The position numbers and the translations under genes were made by a program. The notes under the pieces were generated by a model. It saw nothing but the letters and a program-made list of their open reading frames with translations. It ran no database searches and had not been told where the DNA came from. A DNA stretch of 64,000 nt from a virus (taxonomy: Duplodnaviria > Caudoviricetes): the IMG/VR virus record IMGVR_UViG_3300021399_000106, positions 1 to 64,000 of that record; one strand, 5' to 3'. Below are positions 22,969 through 33,234 of this stretch, in pieces (the first letter of the stretch is position 1; every line of letters starts with the position of its first letter).

Positions 22969-25074
22969 ATGATAAAACTAATTTATGATGAATGTAATCC
23001 TACAAGAGATAGAAGACCTACAACTGAAGAAGATGTTGAAAATGATATTCATGTTGAGGAATTTAATAGTGTGAAGGATTTAATGGAGGAATTAGCCTAT
23101 TTAGCAGGATATGATTCCTTAGATGAATTCCTATATGAAGCTAATATGGATGCTAATGACTCTGATGCAGTAATTTCTGAATTACTTAGCTATTTTACTG
23201 ATCCTGGTGATGGTTCTGCAAATATTTTCTATTTAAATGTAGATGGTAAAGAATTTGATGACGTTATGCCTTATGATTCAGTTGCGGCATTAGATTTATC
23301 TAAAGCAACTAAGGAAGATGTTGTTAATGCTATTTTAGGTGAATCTTTAAATGAGTCTACAGAGAATGGCTATGAAATAAATTATAGTTGTTGGATTGAT
23401 GAAGAAGGTAATTTCGGACTTGAAGGTGATTTTGATACTGAAGAAGAAGCAATTGCTTATTGTAAAGATAATAACTACTATTCAGTAGAAAAACAATATT
23501 TTGATGGTAATGAAAGAGTAAAAACTGAAGAGATATTTATTAATCCTGATTATGTTGATAGCGATGAAATCGCTGATGCATATATGGATAATGATGAATA
23601 TTACGATGAAGAGGCTAAGAACGAAGATCCTTGGTATAAAGGTTCTGATGATGAGGATTACGATATTGAACTTGAGGATGACTCTGATTTAGAATTAGAT
23701 GAAAAATATTCTGACAATTACAAAAATGCTAGATATGAAAAACTAATCGGCAAAAAAATTAGAATCATTGATATAGATGATCCTTATGATGCTAAGGATT
23801 ATAATGGTAGAGAAGGTATAGTAGAATATGTTGCAACAAATTCTTTTGGTGATGTTTATCTTGATGGTACTTGGGGTTCATTATCAATTTATCCAAAAGT
23901 AGATACCTTTGAGTATGTTAATGAAACTAATGAGTGTATTAATAATTCAATAGAAGAAGGTTTATTTGACTCAGAAAAAGAACCCGTAAATTATGGTCAT
24001 AAAGCTTGGGTTTTAAATAAAATAATTTCTTCAATGAATAATGAAGGTGCATATTATGAAACTGGGTGGTTATATATTTGGCCAGATGGAGAAACTGAGG
24101 AAGAATGCGATGATGACTTCGGTGATTACGATTCATTTAAAGAATTAGAGGATGAATTTATTTCAATTTATAAGTATAATTATGATCAAGAAGGTGATGA
24201 TTATAATTTCCATGAAGGTGGTTTATATAATCCAACAAGAGAAGCAGTTGAATTAGCACATGAATATGATAAAAAACTAGGTTTAGAACCTATTGCAGTT
24301 TTAGGAAATGTTAAAGAGTGTGTTGATGATGTTAGATTTGCAGAATCTGTAGAAACTGATAATTTAGAAACATTTGATGATAAAATGGATTTCTTAGCAG
24401 GTGATGAAGAAGAAGCAATTGATGGATATGATGAAATAATTCCTGAAGTTGAAGATGAACATATAAAAGATCAATTAACTCATATTAGAGATGAGGAAAA
24501 AGCACATAAAAAATATTTAAATGATGTTAAGGAAGATCCTTCAATTGATTATGAGGATCCTGAGGAATTAGAGGAAGGTATAAACGAAGATATAAATAAT
24601 TACGAATTAAATTACGAGGATTGCGATTTCGGTCGTACCGATGGTGAATATTACTTCTCTACTAATATTTCACAAAATGATAATGAGGATGACAATTTAC
24701 AAATAACAATAGATTGTGAAACAGATAAGGATGATATTAACTGTTATTATGATGAGATTGAAAAATTTCAAGGTTATTCATATGGAGAAAATGTTGTGGA
24801 ATTAGATCCAAATGATGTTAGAACAGGAGTTATCTATTCAACTTGGGATGATTTTAGTAAAAAATTCACAAAGGATGAAGTTGTAAATGTTTATGGTATT
24901 AGTGCTGAAGATTTAGAGGCATTAACAAAAAAGGCTACAGATGAGGCTGTTGATAAATTTATAGATGATGTTATAGAATATTATTCCGAAAATATGGATG
25001 AGTTAATTCCTGAAGATGATGGACCAGATCCTGATTATGAATATGAACGTTATAGAGATATGAGAGATGAATAA
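22969..25074 (+). CDS. very acidic multi-module protein (DUF4314-like and ferritin-like segments); possible capsid-internal polyprotein
   Basis: modules separated by LGESLNES/IEEG/FAES/LEEG; EEEAIDGY..HIRDEEKAH ferritin-like; IIDIDDPY..GIVEYV..WGSL. Confidence 0.6.
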   Translation: MIKLIYDECNPTRDRRPTTEEDVENDIHVEEFNSVKDLMEELAYLAGYDSLDEFLYEANMDANDSDAVISELLSYFTDPGDGSANIFYLNVDGKEFDDVMPYDSVAALDLSKATKEDVVNAILGESLNESTENGYEINYSCWIDEEGNFGLEGDFDTEEEAIAYCKDNNYYSVEKQYFDGNERVKTEEIFINPDYVDSDEIADAYMDNDEYYDEEAKNEDPWYKGSDDEDYDIELEDDSDLELDEKYSDNYKNARYEKLIGKKIRIIDIDDPYDAKDYNGREGIVEYVATNSFGDVYLDGTWGSLSIYPKVDTFEYVNETNECINNSIEEGLFDSEKEPVNYGHKAWVLNKIISSMNNEGAYYETGWLYIWPDGETEEECDDDFGDYDSFKELEDEFISIYKYNYDQEGDDYNFHEGGLYNPTREAVELAHEYDKKLGLEPIAVLGNVKECVDDVRFAESVETDNLETFDDKMDFLAGDEEEAIDGYDEIIPEVEDEHIKDQLTHIRDEEKAHKKYLNDVKEDPSIDYEDPEELEEGINEDINNYELNYEDCDFGRTDGEYYFSTNISQNDNEDDNLQITIDCETDKDDINCYYDEIEKFQGYSYGENVVELDPNDVRTGVIYSTWDDFSKKFTKDEVVNVYGISAEDLEALTKKATDEAVDKFIDDVIEYYSENMDELIPEDDGPDPDYEYERYRDMRDE

Positions 25075-25397
25075 TAGTAATTTATAGTTGATTTATCAAA
25101 TAAAACCGGACTTTTTATATCCGGTTTTTATTTTTGTATTAAAAAATATTAAAATTCATTTAAGTAGTATTGTATAAATATATAAAGATTATAATGAGGT
25201 GATATATATGAAACAGTACACATTACTTTATATTATGGATGATACAAAGGTAGTTCATAATAAAACATTTTTACAACTTAAAGATTTAAAAGACTTTAAA
25301 AATTATCAATTAGAGTTAAAGGAAGATTTACAACAAGTTGATAAAGATGGTTATGTATGGTTTGTAGAAAATAACTTGGAATAGGTAAATAACAAGT

Positions 25398-26450
25398 ATG
25401 GCGCTTATAAAAAGATGGAATAAAATTAATTATAAATTAAATGGCATAAAGGAAGAAAATAAGGAAGCAATTTATAATTTTAGACAATATTTAGAATTAA
25501 ATAACATTAAAAATATCGCTAGGCGTGAGGATTTTTTATTACGATGTTTTATGGACATAGGTAATCAATATGGTGATTTAGTTAATAAAAATTCAAACAA
25601 CAACGATTATTTACGTAGTTTGTATAAAATACGTTGTTTTTTAATGGATGCTTTTATTAGTGTGGTGGCTAATTTAAAATGTTTAGATTATGTTGATTTT
25701 TGTTTTGATGGTGAGGATAGACAAATTTTACCTAGCTTTGCATCACTTGCATCTGCATCACTTACATTCCCGGAAACAAAATTAGAAGATAATATCATAG
25801 AAAATTATAAAAAAGAAAATATTATCTTACTGAATAGTTATAATTCGTTTTTTGACACCTTTAACGTGGATAATAGATATAATTCATTTTATGGTCACTC
25901 TAATCTAGCTAAGAATATAACCTATAATATAGATTCTTATGTCTTCAGAGAAATATTTAATTATTGTAAGAAAAAAACTAATTTTAAGGTTTTAAATAAT
26001 GAAATGTCTTTTAATCCTATATTAGAAAGAGAACAGTATTTAAAACTTGAAGAATTAATGTCTGAGTGTGATATGAAAATACTTTCAAAATCTAAAAGTA
26101 ATTATTCTAATTTTATATTGACTTCACCACAGGTATTTTCCTTCTTATCTTCCTCATATAACTTTAAAAATAATAATTCAAATTTTGAGTTTGGTAGTTA
26201 TGCTTTAAATGCAGGTGAGTATAAGGATAAGAACGTTTGTGTTTTAGCTGATATAAACGATAAAATGCTAATATTAGGTAATCACTATAGTACATCAGAA
26301 TATTTTGATAGCGATATAGTATTTCAAGTATCACATATAATTAAATTACCAGATTTAACTGATTTAGATATTACACCGGTTTTTATGGAATCTACAGTAA
26401 AAGTGATTAATGATAATTTACAAGTTATAAAGATAGTAGAAAGGAATTAA
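25398..26450 (+). CDS. possible divergent T4 gp23/gp24-like capsid-fold protein
   Basis: NFILTSPQV..AGEY..ILGNH..IVFQ..TPVF layout resembles gp23 C-terminus. Confidence 0.35.
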   Translation: MALIKRWNKINYKLNGIKEENKEAIYNFRQYLELNNIKNIARREDFLLRCFMDIGNQYGDLVNKNSNNNDYLRSLYKIRCFLMDAFISVVANLKCLDYVDFCFDGEDRQILPSFASLASASLTFPETKLEDNIIENYKKENIILLNSYNSFFDTFNVDNRYNSFYGHSNLAKNITYNIDSYVFREIFNYCKKKTNFKVLNNEMSFNPILEREQYLKLEELMSECDMKILSKSKSNYSNFILTSPQVFSFLSSSYNFKNNNSNFEFGSYALNAGEYKDKNVCVLADINDKMLILGNHYSTSEYFDSDIVFQVSHIIKLPDLTDLDITPVFMESTVKVINDNLQVIKIVERN

Positions 26451-26459
26451 AATTAAATT

Positions 26460-26831
26460 ATGAAAGCAAAAGAAGTACTAGAAAAATTAAATATTACAAG
26501 ACCTACATTAACAAAGTATGTTAAACAAGGATTAGTAAAGGTTGACAGCGTAATAAATGGTCAATATAATTATAATGAAGAAAGTGTAAATAAATTATTA
26601 GATGGAAATTGAAACGCTAATTCAACAACTAAAACAATAACTTTAAATAGTGCAAATACACGAATAGTAACTAGAGATAGAATAACTATTGAAAACTTAA
26701 CTGAAATATTAAAAGATACTGTAAATATATTTGATACATTAATTCAGTTAAGAGTATTACCACCAGTTATAAGTGATCAAGTTATTAATATAAATAAAAG
26801 ATGTAACAATATATTAAATGAAAAAGATTAA
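26460..26831 (+). CDS. MerR-like HTH DNA-binding protein (TGA=Trp)
   Basis: MKAKEVLEKLNITRPTLTKYVKQG; TGA at 26610 read through to TAA 26829. Confidence 0.65.
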
Positions 26832-26906
26832 AACGTTTTTATATTTTACTAAAATAAATTGTATATTTATAGGTTATTATAAATAACAAGAAGGAGAATA
26901 TTAAAA

Positions 26907-27194
26907 ATGAGATTAATTAAAATTGAAATGAAAGGTAGAGAATACTCTACAATATATTTTGCAACAAAGTTGGTATCTGAGGTATCAAGATATAGTTCAG
27001 ATGTAATTCTAAAATCAGTTTCAGAGAATAGAATGCCTCAGGAAGTTGATTTAAAATCTATTTTAGGAGTAAGTGCTTTATTAGCAAATAGAGCCGATAT
27101 TCTAGAGATAGAATTAAGAGGTGAGGATGAAATTTATGAAGCCTCACATTTAGAAAAGGTAATTAATAAATTATTAGAAGAATCAAATAAGTAA
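26907..27194 (+). CDS. HPr-like phosphocarrier protein lacking His15
   Basis: VDLKSILGV..LEIELRGEDE HPr signature. Confidence 0.7.
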   Translation: MRLIKIEMKGREYSTIYFATKLVSEVSRYSSDVILKSVSENRMPQEVDLKSILGVSALLANRADILEIELRGEDEIYEASHLEKVINKLLEESNK

Positions 27195-27576
27195 TACAGG
27201 TCACCTTTTCTAAAATATAATTTTAAGAGGTGACATTGTATATGAATAACTTACTATGTAGAAAAAGAAGAATAATTAGAAAATTGGTTAAAAGTCTTAG
27301 CTATGAACAAATACAAGACGAACTTATAAGATTGTACCTTTCGGAGGAAATGACAAGTTTAACTTTATATTATTACAAACTACTACAAAAAGCACATGAC
27401 AAACATATCAAAAAAATAATTAAAAATCCACATATAAACTAATGTGGCATTTTTAATTATACTAAATTATTATATATGAAAGTGTATAATAATTTGTATA
27501 AGCAGTTATCTCCTAGGCTTCGTTAAGTAGAAGAGATTCGTGCCGTTGTACTTGAAGCTTCGGTAATTTTATATAT

Positions 27577-27991
27577 GGGCTTGTTTATGGATTCGCTGAG
27601 AGTTCAGAGAAAAGGTAAGCATACGGAGTAGACTTCGTTACCAACGTCGAGGTTTGAATAAACGCAAACTCAATTAAAAACAAAATCGCAAACTTCTTCA
27701 GAGGCTTTGCTTCTCAAAGAGTTGCAGCATTAGCTTAATTAACGAATATTAAGCAAACGAAAACTAGAATACCTATACTAGTAAGTAGTTACATTTTCAT
27801 AGGGGTAGAGGACCTTTGTATTTATTAGCAGTCGAAAGGAAATCGAAACGACCATAGAAACTAATCGAATTACATTTCTAATTTGCTTATTTACAGATGA
27901 TGTAATTTGTACGAGGATATAAATAAGATAATATGTAGAAAGCCTAATTGAAGGATTTTCATACGGGAGTTCGAGTCTCCCCAGGTCCACC
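27577..27991 (+). ncRNA. ssrA: tmRNA
   Basis: acceptor GGGCTTG/CAGGTCC-ACC with G3.U, GGATTCG 5' motif, T-arm GGGAGTTCGAGTCTCCC, tag 27664-27738 ANSIKNKIANFFRGFASQRVAALA*. Confidence 0.92.
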
Positions 27992-28063
27992 TCATCGGTA
28001 TTTACCTACTTTGACGCAGTGATGAGGCTTTAAACTAAAAGGTAAAATGAATAGGAGTTTGTC

Positions 28064-28420
28064 ATGATAAAAGAAGGATTATTTGATGCTGAAAGCAGTG
28101 TTCAAACACTTGAGGATTTATTTGCAAAATATAAAGATTTAGATAAACCTGAAATAAGTGGTGTTGAATTTTATCAATTTGTAAAGAAACCTGATGCTGA
28201 TTGAGATGATTTAAAAGTTATAACAACAATGGATAGTGGTTTAGTTCCTGGCGATTATACTTGGAGTGGTTTTGATAATGGAGAGTATAATGAAGGTGAT
28301 TATTTATTAAGTTTTCCGGGTAAAGCAAGATCAATGGTATTTAGTAGTGTAGAAGATATTGATAAACACTTACAACAAAATCATGGTCAATTTAAATTAC
28401 CTGGATATAATTATAACTAA
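28064..28420 (+). CDS. hypothetical protein (TGA=Trp)
   Basis: RBS AGGAG; starts MIKEGLFD; one in-frame TGA at 28202. Confidence 0.65.
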
Positions 28421-28471
28421 ATAGTTTAAAGATGATTAATTTCATCTTTTTTATTTTCAAGGAGAGATAAT

Positions 28472-29058
28472 ATGAAAGAAACAGATATTAAAGTATTAGT
28501 ATTTAGTTTGTCTGATTCTTATAAAAAACACTTATTTGACCTACCTATCAAAATTAATGATGATGAATATAAGGTTAGACTTGAGTTTAATGCTGAAGTA
28601 AAAGAAGAATTAGAGGAAAGTACTTTATATGAACATTTATATGAAGGAAATCTTAAAATAGGCAATCTAAATATAAATTTTTATCTATCAATATTTTTAG
28701 AAAAATATCGTATCAATGCTAGATTTGATAAATATTTTTATAAGATAGATAAAATAATTTGTTAAAGATCATTAAAAATGGTCTTTTTTTATTGTATTTA
28801 AATGTATAATATATAAAATAAAGGAGAATAACTATGAAATTACCTGAAATTTTAAGTTTAATTGAAAATGGCGAATTAGATATATATGTTAATTATAAAT
28901 CTAATTATAGAGGAAAAATAACCAAAAATAATGGAAATACTAAATATGATTTTGATGTTGATTCCTATTCTGATTTAAAAGAATTAGAAATTAAAAATAT
29001 ATCTACCGAAACAAATGTTGATGGTAATAGTTTATTAGTAGTTATTTTAAGCGAGTAA
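28472..29058 (+). other. two hypothetical ORFs (28472-28765, 28834-29058)
   Basis: ORF track, RBS. Confidence 0.6.
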
Positions 29059-29072
29059 GGAGATAAAGTAAA

Positions 29073-29603
29073 ATGAAACTATTAGTTGTAGTAGATGTAC
29101 AAAATGATTTTATAACTGGGGCATTAAGAAATGAAGAGGCAATTAATAGAGTGCCTAATATTATAGAAGAAATTCTTGATTATAATCCTGATGTTATCTT
29201 TTTAACAAGGGATACACATCATGAAGATTACCTAGAAACAATGGAGGGTAAGAAATTACCATATCCTCATTGTATTGAAGGCTCTGATGGTTGGCAAATC
29301 GAAGAAAGCGTTATCAATGCAATTAGAACAACATCAGCTGCAGTTAAAATTATAGATAAAAATACTTTTGGTTATGATGGTTGGAAAGATGAATTAGCAA
29401 ATTATGAGGATGATGCAGAAACTGAAATTGAAGTTATTGGTTATTGCACAGATATTTGTGTTATATCAAATGTTTTAGGTATTAAAGCAGTTCTTCCAAA
29501 TGCAAAAATTCAAGTAAAGGAATCTTGTTGTGCTGGTGTTACAAAAGAAAGTCATGATGTTGCCTTAAAAGCAATGCAAAGTTGTCATATCGATATTATT
29601 TAG
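29073..29603 (+). CDS. pncA: nicotinamidase (isochorismatase family)
   Basis: VVDVQNDF, DTH, PHC, K, GYCTDICV motifs; NAD-cluster context. Confidence 0.88.
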   Translation: MKLLVVVDVQNDFITGALRNEEAINRVPNIIEEILDYNPDVIFLTRDTHHEDYLETMEGKKLPYPHCIEGSDGWQIEESVINAIRTTSAAVKIIDKNTFGYDGWKDELANYEDDAETEIEVIGYCTDICVISNVLGIKAVLPNAKIQVKESCCAGVTKESHDVALKAMQSCHIDII

Positions 29604-29612
29604 GTGTTATTT

Positions 29613-29804
29613 ATGGATGAAAAATTATTATTATTAATTCATTTGTTATGTCAAGTTAAAAATGTTGAGATTGAAAATTATTTATGAGAAAAGGTTAAGA
29701 AATTGGGTATAACTGAAAATATATATAACGAAAATTTTACCGATAATAAACAATTTATTAAAGATTGCATTGATGGCAAATATGAATTAATTAAAAAACA
29801 TTAA
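29613..29804 (+). CDS. hypothetical protein (TGA=Trp)
   Basis: 63 codons, one in-frame TGA, RBS AGGTG. Confidence 0.5.
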
Positions 29805-29869
29805 AAAATATTAAAAATTAGAGGTTTTACCTCTTTTTTTATTGTATATTTTATAAAGAGGTGAATAGT

Positions 29870-30700
29870 ATGAGTTTTGATGTAAATAAAACTAAACAAG
29901 AATTAGTAGAATGGGTTAGAAAAACAGTTGGCGACTGCACAGTAGTTATTGGGATTAGCGGTGGTAAAGATAGTTCAATCACTGCAGCTTTATGTGTAGA
30001 AGCATTAGGTAAGCATAAAGTATTTGGTGTATTAATGCCAGATGGTGAACAAAAAGATATTGATAAATCACATCAATTATGCGATTGTCTAGGAATAGCT
30101 AATACAACTATTAACATTCATAGAGCAACAGTTGGTTTAAGAACTGCGATATGGCAAACATCAGCAAGTCATAGTCGTAACAATATATTTGAAAAAGAAG
30201 CTCGTAAGCAATTGTTAACAATTCGAGAAGATGGAAAACAAGAACGTCTTAATGATGTATATGAAACTAATACTCCAGCAAGAATTCGTATGACAACTTT
30301 ATATGGAGTAGCTGCAATTCTAGGCAATTCAAGAGTAGCTAACACTTGTAATTTATCAGAAGACTGGGTTGGTTATTCAACAAAATATGGCGATAGTGCA
30401 GGAGACTTTTCACCACTTGCTAATTTAACAGTTCATGAGGTAAAAGCACTTGGTTATGAATTAGGTTTACCAAAGGATTTAATTGAAAAAATTCCAAGTG
30501 ATGGAATGAGTGGTAAATCAGATGAAGAAAAATTAGGATTCACTTATGATGAGTTAGATACTTATATTAGAACTGGTGTTATTGAAAATCTTGAACACAA
30601 AGAAAAGATTGATAGAATGCACAAAGCTAATTTACATAAATTAAGACTTATGCCAAAATATGAACCTGATGATTTAATGGTTAGTTTAAAGGAGGAATAA
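29870..30700 (+). CDS. nadE: NH3-dependent NAD+ synthetase
   Basis: GISGGKDS, ARIRMTTLY, GYSTKYGD, PSDG, DEEKLGFTY. Confidence 0.93.
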   Translation: MSFDVNKTKQELVEWVRKTVGDCTVVIGISGGKDSSITAALCVEALGKHKVFGVLMPDGEQKDIDKSHQLCDCLGIANTTINIHRATVGLRTAIWQTSASHSRNNIFEKEARKQLLTIREDGKQERLNDVYETNTPARIRMTTLYGVAAILGNSRVANTCNLSEDWVGYSTKYGDSAGDFSPLANLTVHEVKALGYELGLPKDLIEKIPSDGMSGKSDEEKLGFTYDELDTYIRTGVIENLEHKEKIDRMHKANLHKLRLMPKYEPDDLMVSLKEE

Positions 30701-30701
30701 A

Positions 30702-31115
30702 ATGGAATTTGATTTTTCAGATTTAAAAAAAGTTCTAGATGCATTACTAGATGCTGCAAACTGTGAATATGATGATTTAAAAATGTATAAAAATCATTAT
30801 GGAACTACTCAAAGTATATATAAAGATGTACTTTCTAATTATTTTGATGCAAAAGAAGGTTTTTCTTGTAGTTCAGATAAAGCTGGATATGTTGCATCTA
30901 TGATGGTTAAAACTTTAAAAGATGGTAAATATTATCCTTTAAAAGAAACTTATAGAGAATATCAAGCTAATGGTGGTAATATTGGTGGTATTACTGAATT
31001 AGATGAAGTTGCCTTTTGGTGTCCTAAAACAATGGAAACCACTAAAGACGCATTTGATGTATTTGTAAGATGTTTATCTAATATAAATTATAATGAGATA
31101 AGTGGAGAAGAATAA
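30702..31115 (+). CDS. hypothetical protein in NAD cluster
   Basis: ORF, RBS AGGAGG. Confidence 0.7.
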   Translation: MEFDFSDLKKVLDALLDAANCEYDDLKMYKNHYGTTQSIYKDVLSNYFDAKEGFSCSSDKAGYVASMMVKTLKDGKYYPLKETYREYQANGGNIGGITELDEVAFWCPKTMETTKDAFDVFVRCLSNINYNEISGEE

Positions 31116-31220
31116 ATATGTTTTTAAGAATTATAATTACAACAATAATATTAATTACTATAGCAATATTAGGTTTTAAACAAGATAAGTCAGAGTTTGA
31201 GTACAAGGAGAATGAATAAA

Positions 31221-31808
31221 ATGGAACAAAAAGTTTTAAGCGTAGAAAAAAATTATAATACAAAATATTTAAAATTTTATACAGCACATTATAAAACAGA
31301 TGGTAAACCTAGAGATTATTATTTTGTATCAAGAAATGATGAAAAGGATTTAGCAATTAAAAATAAGGAAATAAAACCTACAGCAATTGAGGCATTTACT
31401 TATTATTATGATGAAAATGGCGAAATGCAAGTAGTTATGATTGAAGAATTTAGATCAGCCATTGGTAGATATGTTACTTCTTTCTGTGCTGGATTAATTG
31501 AAAAAGGTGAAGATGTTAATAAAGCAATTGAAAGAGAAGTTAAAGAAGAAATAGGTGCTGATGTAGTTAGAATTAGTTTATTACAGAATTATCCATTATC
31601 AATGTGTGCTGGTATGTGTGATGAAGCAAACTATATGGCAATAGTTGAAATTAAAAATATTGGTGAACAACATTTAGAAAAAACTGAGGATATCAAGGTT
31701 AAGATTTATAATATGAATGACCTACATAGAATGGTAACTAGAAATGAAATTAATTTAACAGCATCAGGATTATTGGGTTATTTAGCTTTATATAATGACA
31801 TGGTATAA
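31221..31808 (+). CDS. Nudix hydrolase, probable ADP-ribose pyrophosphatase
   Basis: Nudix box AGLIEKGEDVNKAIEREVKEEIG, EFR, downstream AGMCDE. Confidence 0.85.
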   Translation: MEQKVLSVEKNYNTKYLKFYTAHYKTDGKPRDYYFVSRNDEKDLAIKNKEIKPTAIEAFTYYYDENGEMQVVMIEEFRSAIGRYVTSFCAGLIEKGEDVNKAIEREVKEEIGADVVRISLLQNYPLSMCAGMCDEANYMAIVEIKNIGEQHLEKTEDIKVKIYNMNDLHRMVTRNEINLTASGLLGYLALYNDMV

Positions 31809-31884
31809 ATATAGATAAATCCTATAAAATTTAATGGTTTTTAATAATTTTATTGTATATTAATTTGAAAGGTAGGTTTATAGT

Positions 31885-33069
31885 ATGAAATTAGAACCAA
31901 TTATTAGAAGTTTATTAGATACAGATTTATATAAATTTACGATGAACCAAGTGATGTTACATCGTCATACTAATTTAACAGGAACTTATATTTTTAAATG
32001 CAGAAATAAGGATGTTAAATTCACTTATGCTATGCTAGATGAAATCAATGAACAAATTGATCATTTATGCACGTTAACATTTACAGATGAGGAATTAAAT
32101 TATTTAAGAAGTATTAGATTTATTAAACCTGATTATGTAGAATTTTTAAGATTATATAGACCAATTAGAGACTATGTTAAAACTGATTTAGATGAATTAG
32201 GTAATTTAACTATTAGAGTTGATGGTCCATTATTTAGTGCAATGCAATATGAAATATATTTATTAGAAATTGTAAATGAAGTATATTTTAGAATGAAATA
32301 TGATTATCAAAAATTATGGTATAGCGCATTAATTAAAGCATCTTATAAGGTTGAGGATTTCATTACAGGTAAATATGATTTCAATTTTGCTGAATTTGGG
32401 TGTCGTAGAAGATTATCCAGAGAATGGCAAGAATATGTATTAAAAGAAATGCTAAAGACTGGACATTGTGTAGGAACAAGTAATGTTTATTTAGCAATGA
32501 AACATAATCTAACACCAATAGGAACTTATGCTCATGAATATGTTCAAATGTTCCAAGGTATTGAAACTATTCCAGTAGCACATTCAAATAGAATTGCATT
32601 AAAAGAATGGTTTGATGAATATAATGGAGATTTAGGTACAGCTTTAACTGATACCTTAACAACAGATTGTTTCTTAAAAGATTTTGATAAGTTACAAGCA
32701 ACAATGTATTCAGGTGTAAGACATGATTCTGGCGACCCTTACACATGGGGAGAAAAAATTATTGCTCACTATGAGAAATTAGGAATTGACCCTAAAACAA
32801 AAACATTATTATTCAGTGATTCATTAAATTTCGATAAAGCACAAGAAATCTATGAATATTTCAAAGGTAGAGGTAAGGTATCATTTGGTATTGGAACATT
32901 TATTACTAATGATACTTGTGAAGAACCTTTAAATATCGTTATTAAATTACAATATGTAAATGGTAGACCAGTAGCTAAGTTATCAGATGTTGAGGGTAAA
33001 TCAATGTCTCAAGATGCAGAATATACAACTTATTTAAGAAGTGCAGTTAAGAGAAGAGTTGAAGAGTAG
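31885..33069 (+). CDS. pncB: nicotinate phosphoribosyltransferase
   Basis: LLDTDLYK, EFGCRRR, GTSNV, GTYAHE, RHDSGDP, FSDSL, FGIGT, AKLSD. Confidence 0.93.
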   Translation: MKLEPIIRSLLDTDLYKFTMNQVMLHRHTNLTGTYIFKCRNKDVKFTYAMLDEINEQIDHLCTLTFTDEELNYLRSIRFIKPDYVEFLRLYRPIRDYVKTDLDELGNLTIRVDGPLFSAMQYEIYLLEIVNEVYFRMKYDYQKLWYSALIKASYKVEDFITGKYDFNFAEFGCRRRLSREWQEYVLKEMLKTGHCVGTSNVYLAMKHNLTPIGTYAHEYVQMFQGIETIPVAHSNRIALKEWFDEYNGDLGTALTDTLTTDCFLKDFDKLQATMYSGVRHDSGDPYTWGEKIIAHYEKLGIDPKTKTLLFSDSLNFDKAQEIYEYFKGRGKVSFGIGTFITNDTCEEPLNIVIKLQYVNGRPVAKLSDVEGKSMSQDAEYTTYLRSAVKRRVEE

Positions 33070-33234
33070 TGAAACAAGATTTTAAGGATTTTTTAAATAA
33101 ATTCAGAAATATTAAATTAGCATACCTACATAACCTATATTTTATATTTACTGGAGATAGAAAACCTTATGATGCTTATATGAAGTATATTGAAAAATAT
33201 GGCTTAGTAGAATTAGTGGATATAGGTAATTTTT

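Noticed and set aside
26460-26831. IS607 transposase
   Set aside because: Only the N-terminal HTH resembles it; no serine-recombinase domain or TnpB nearby.
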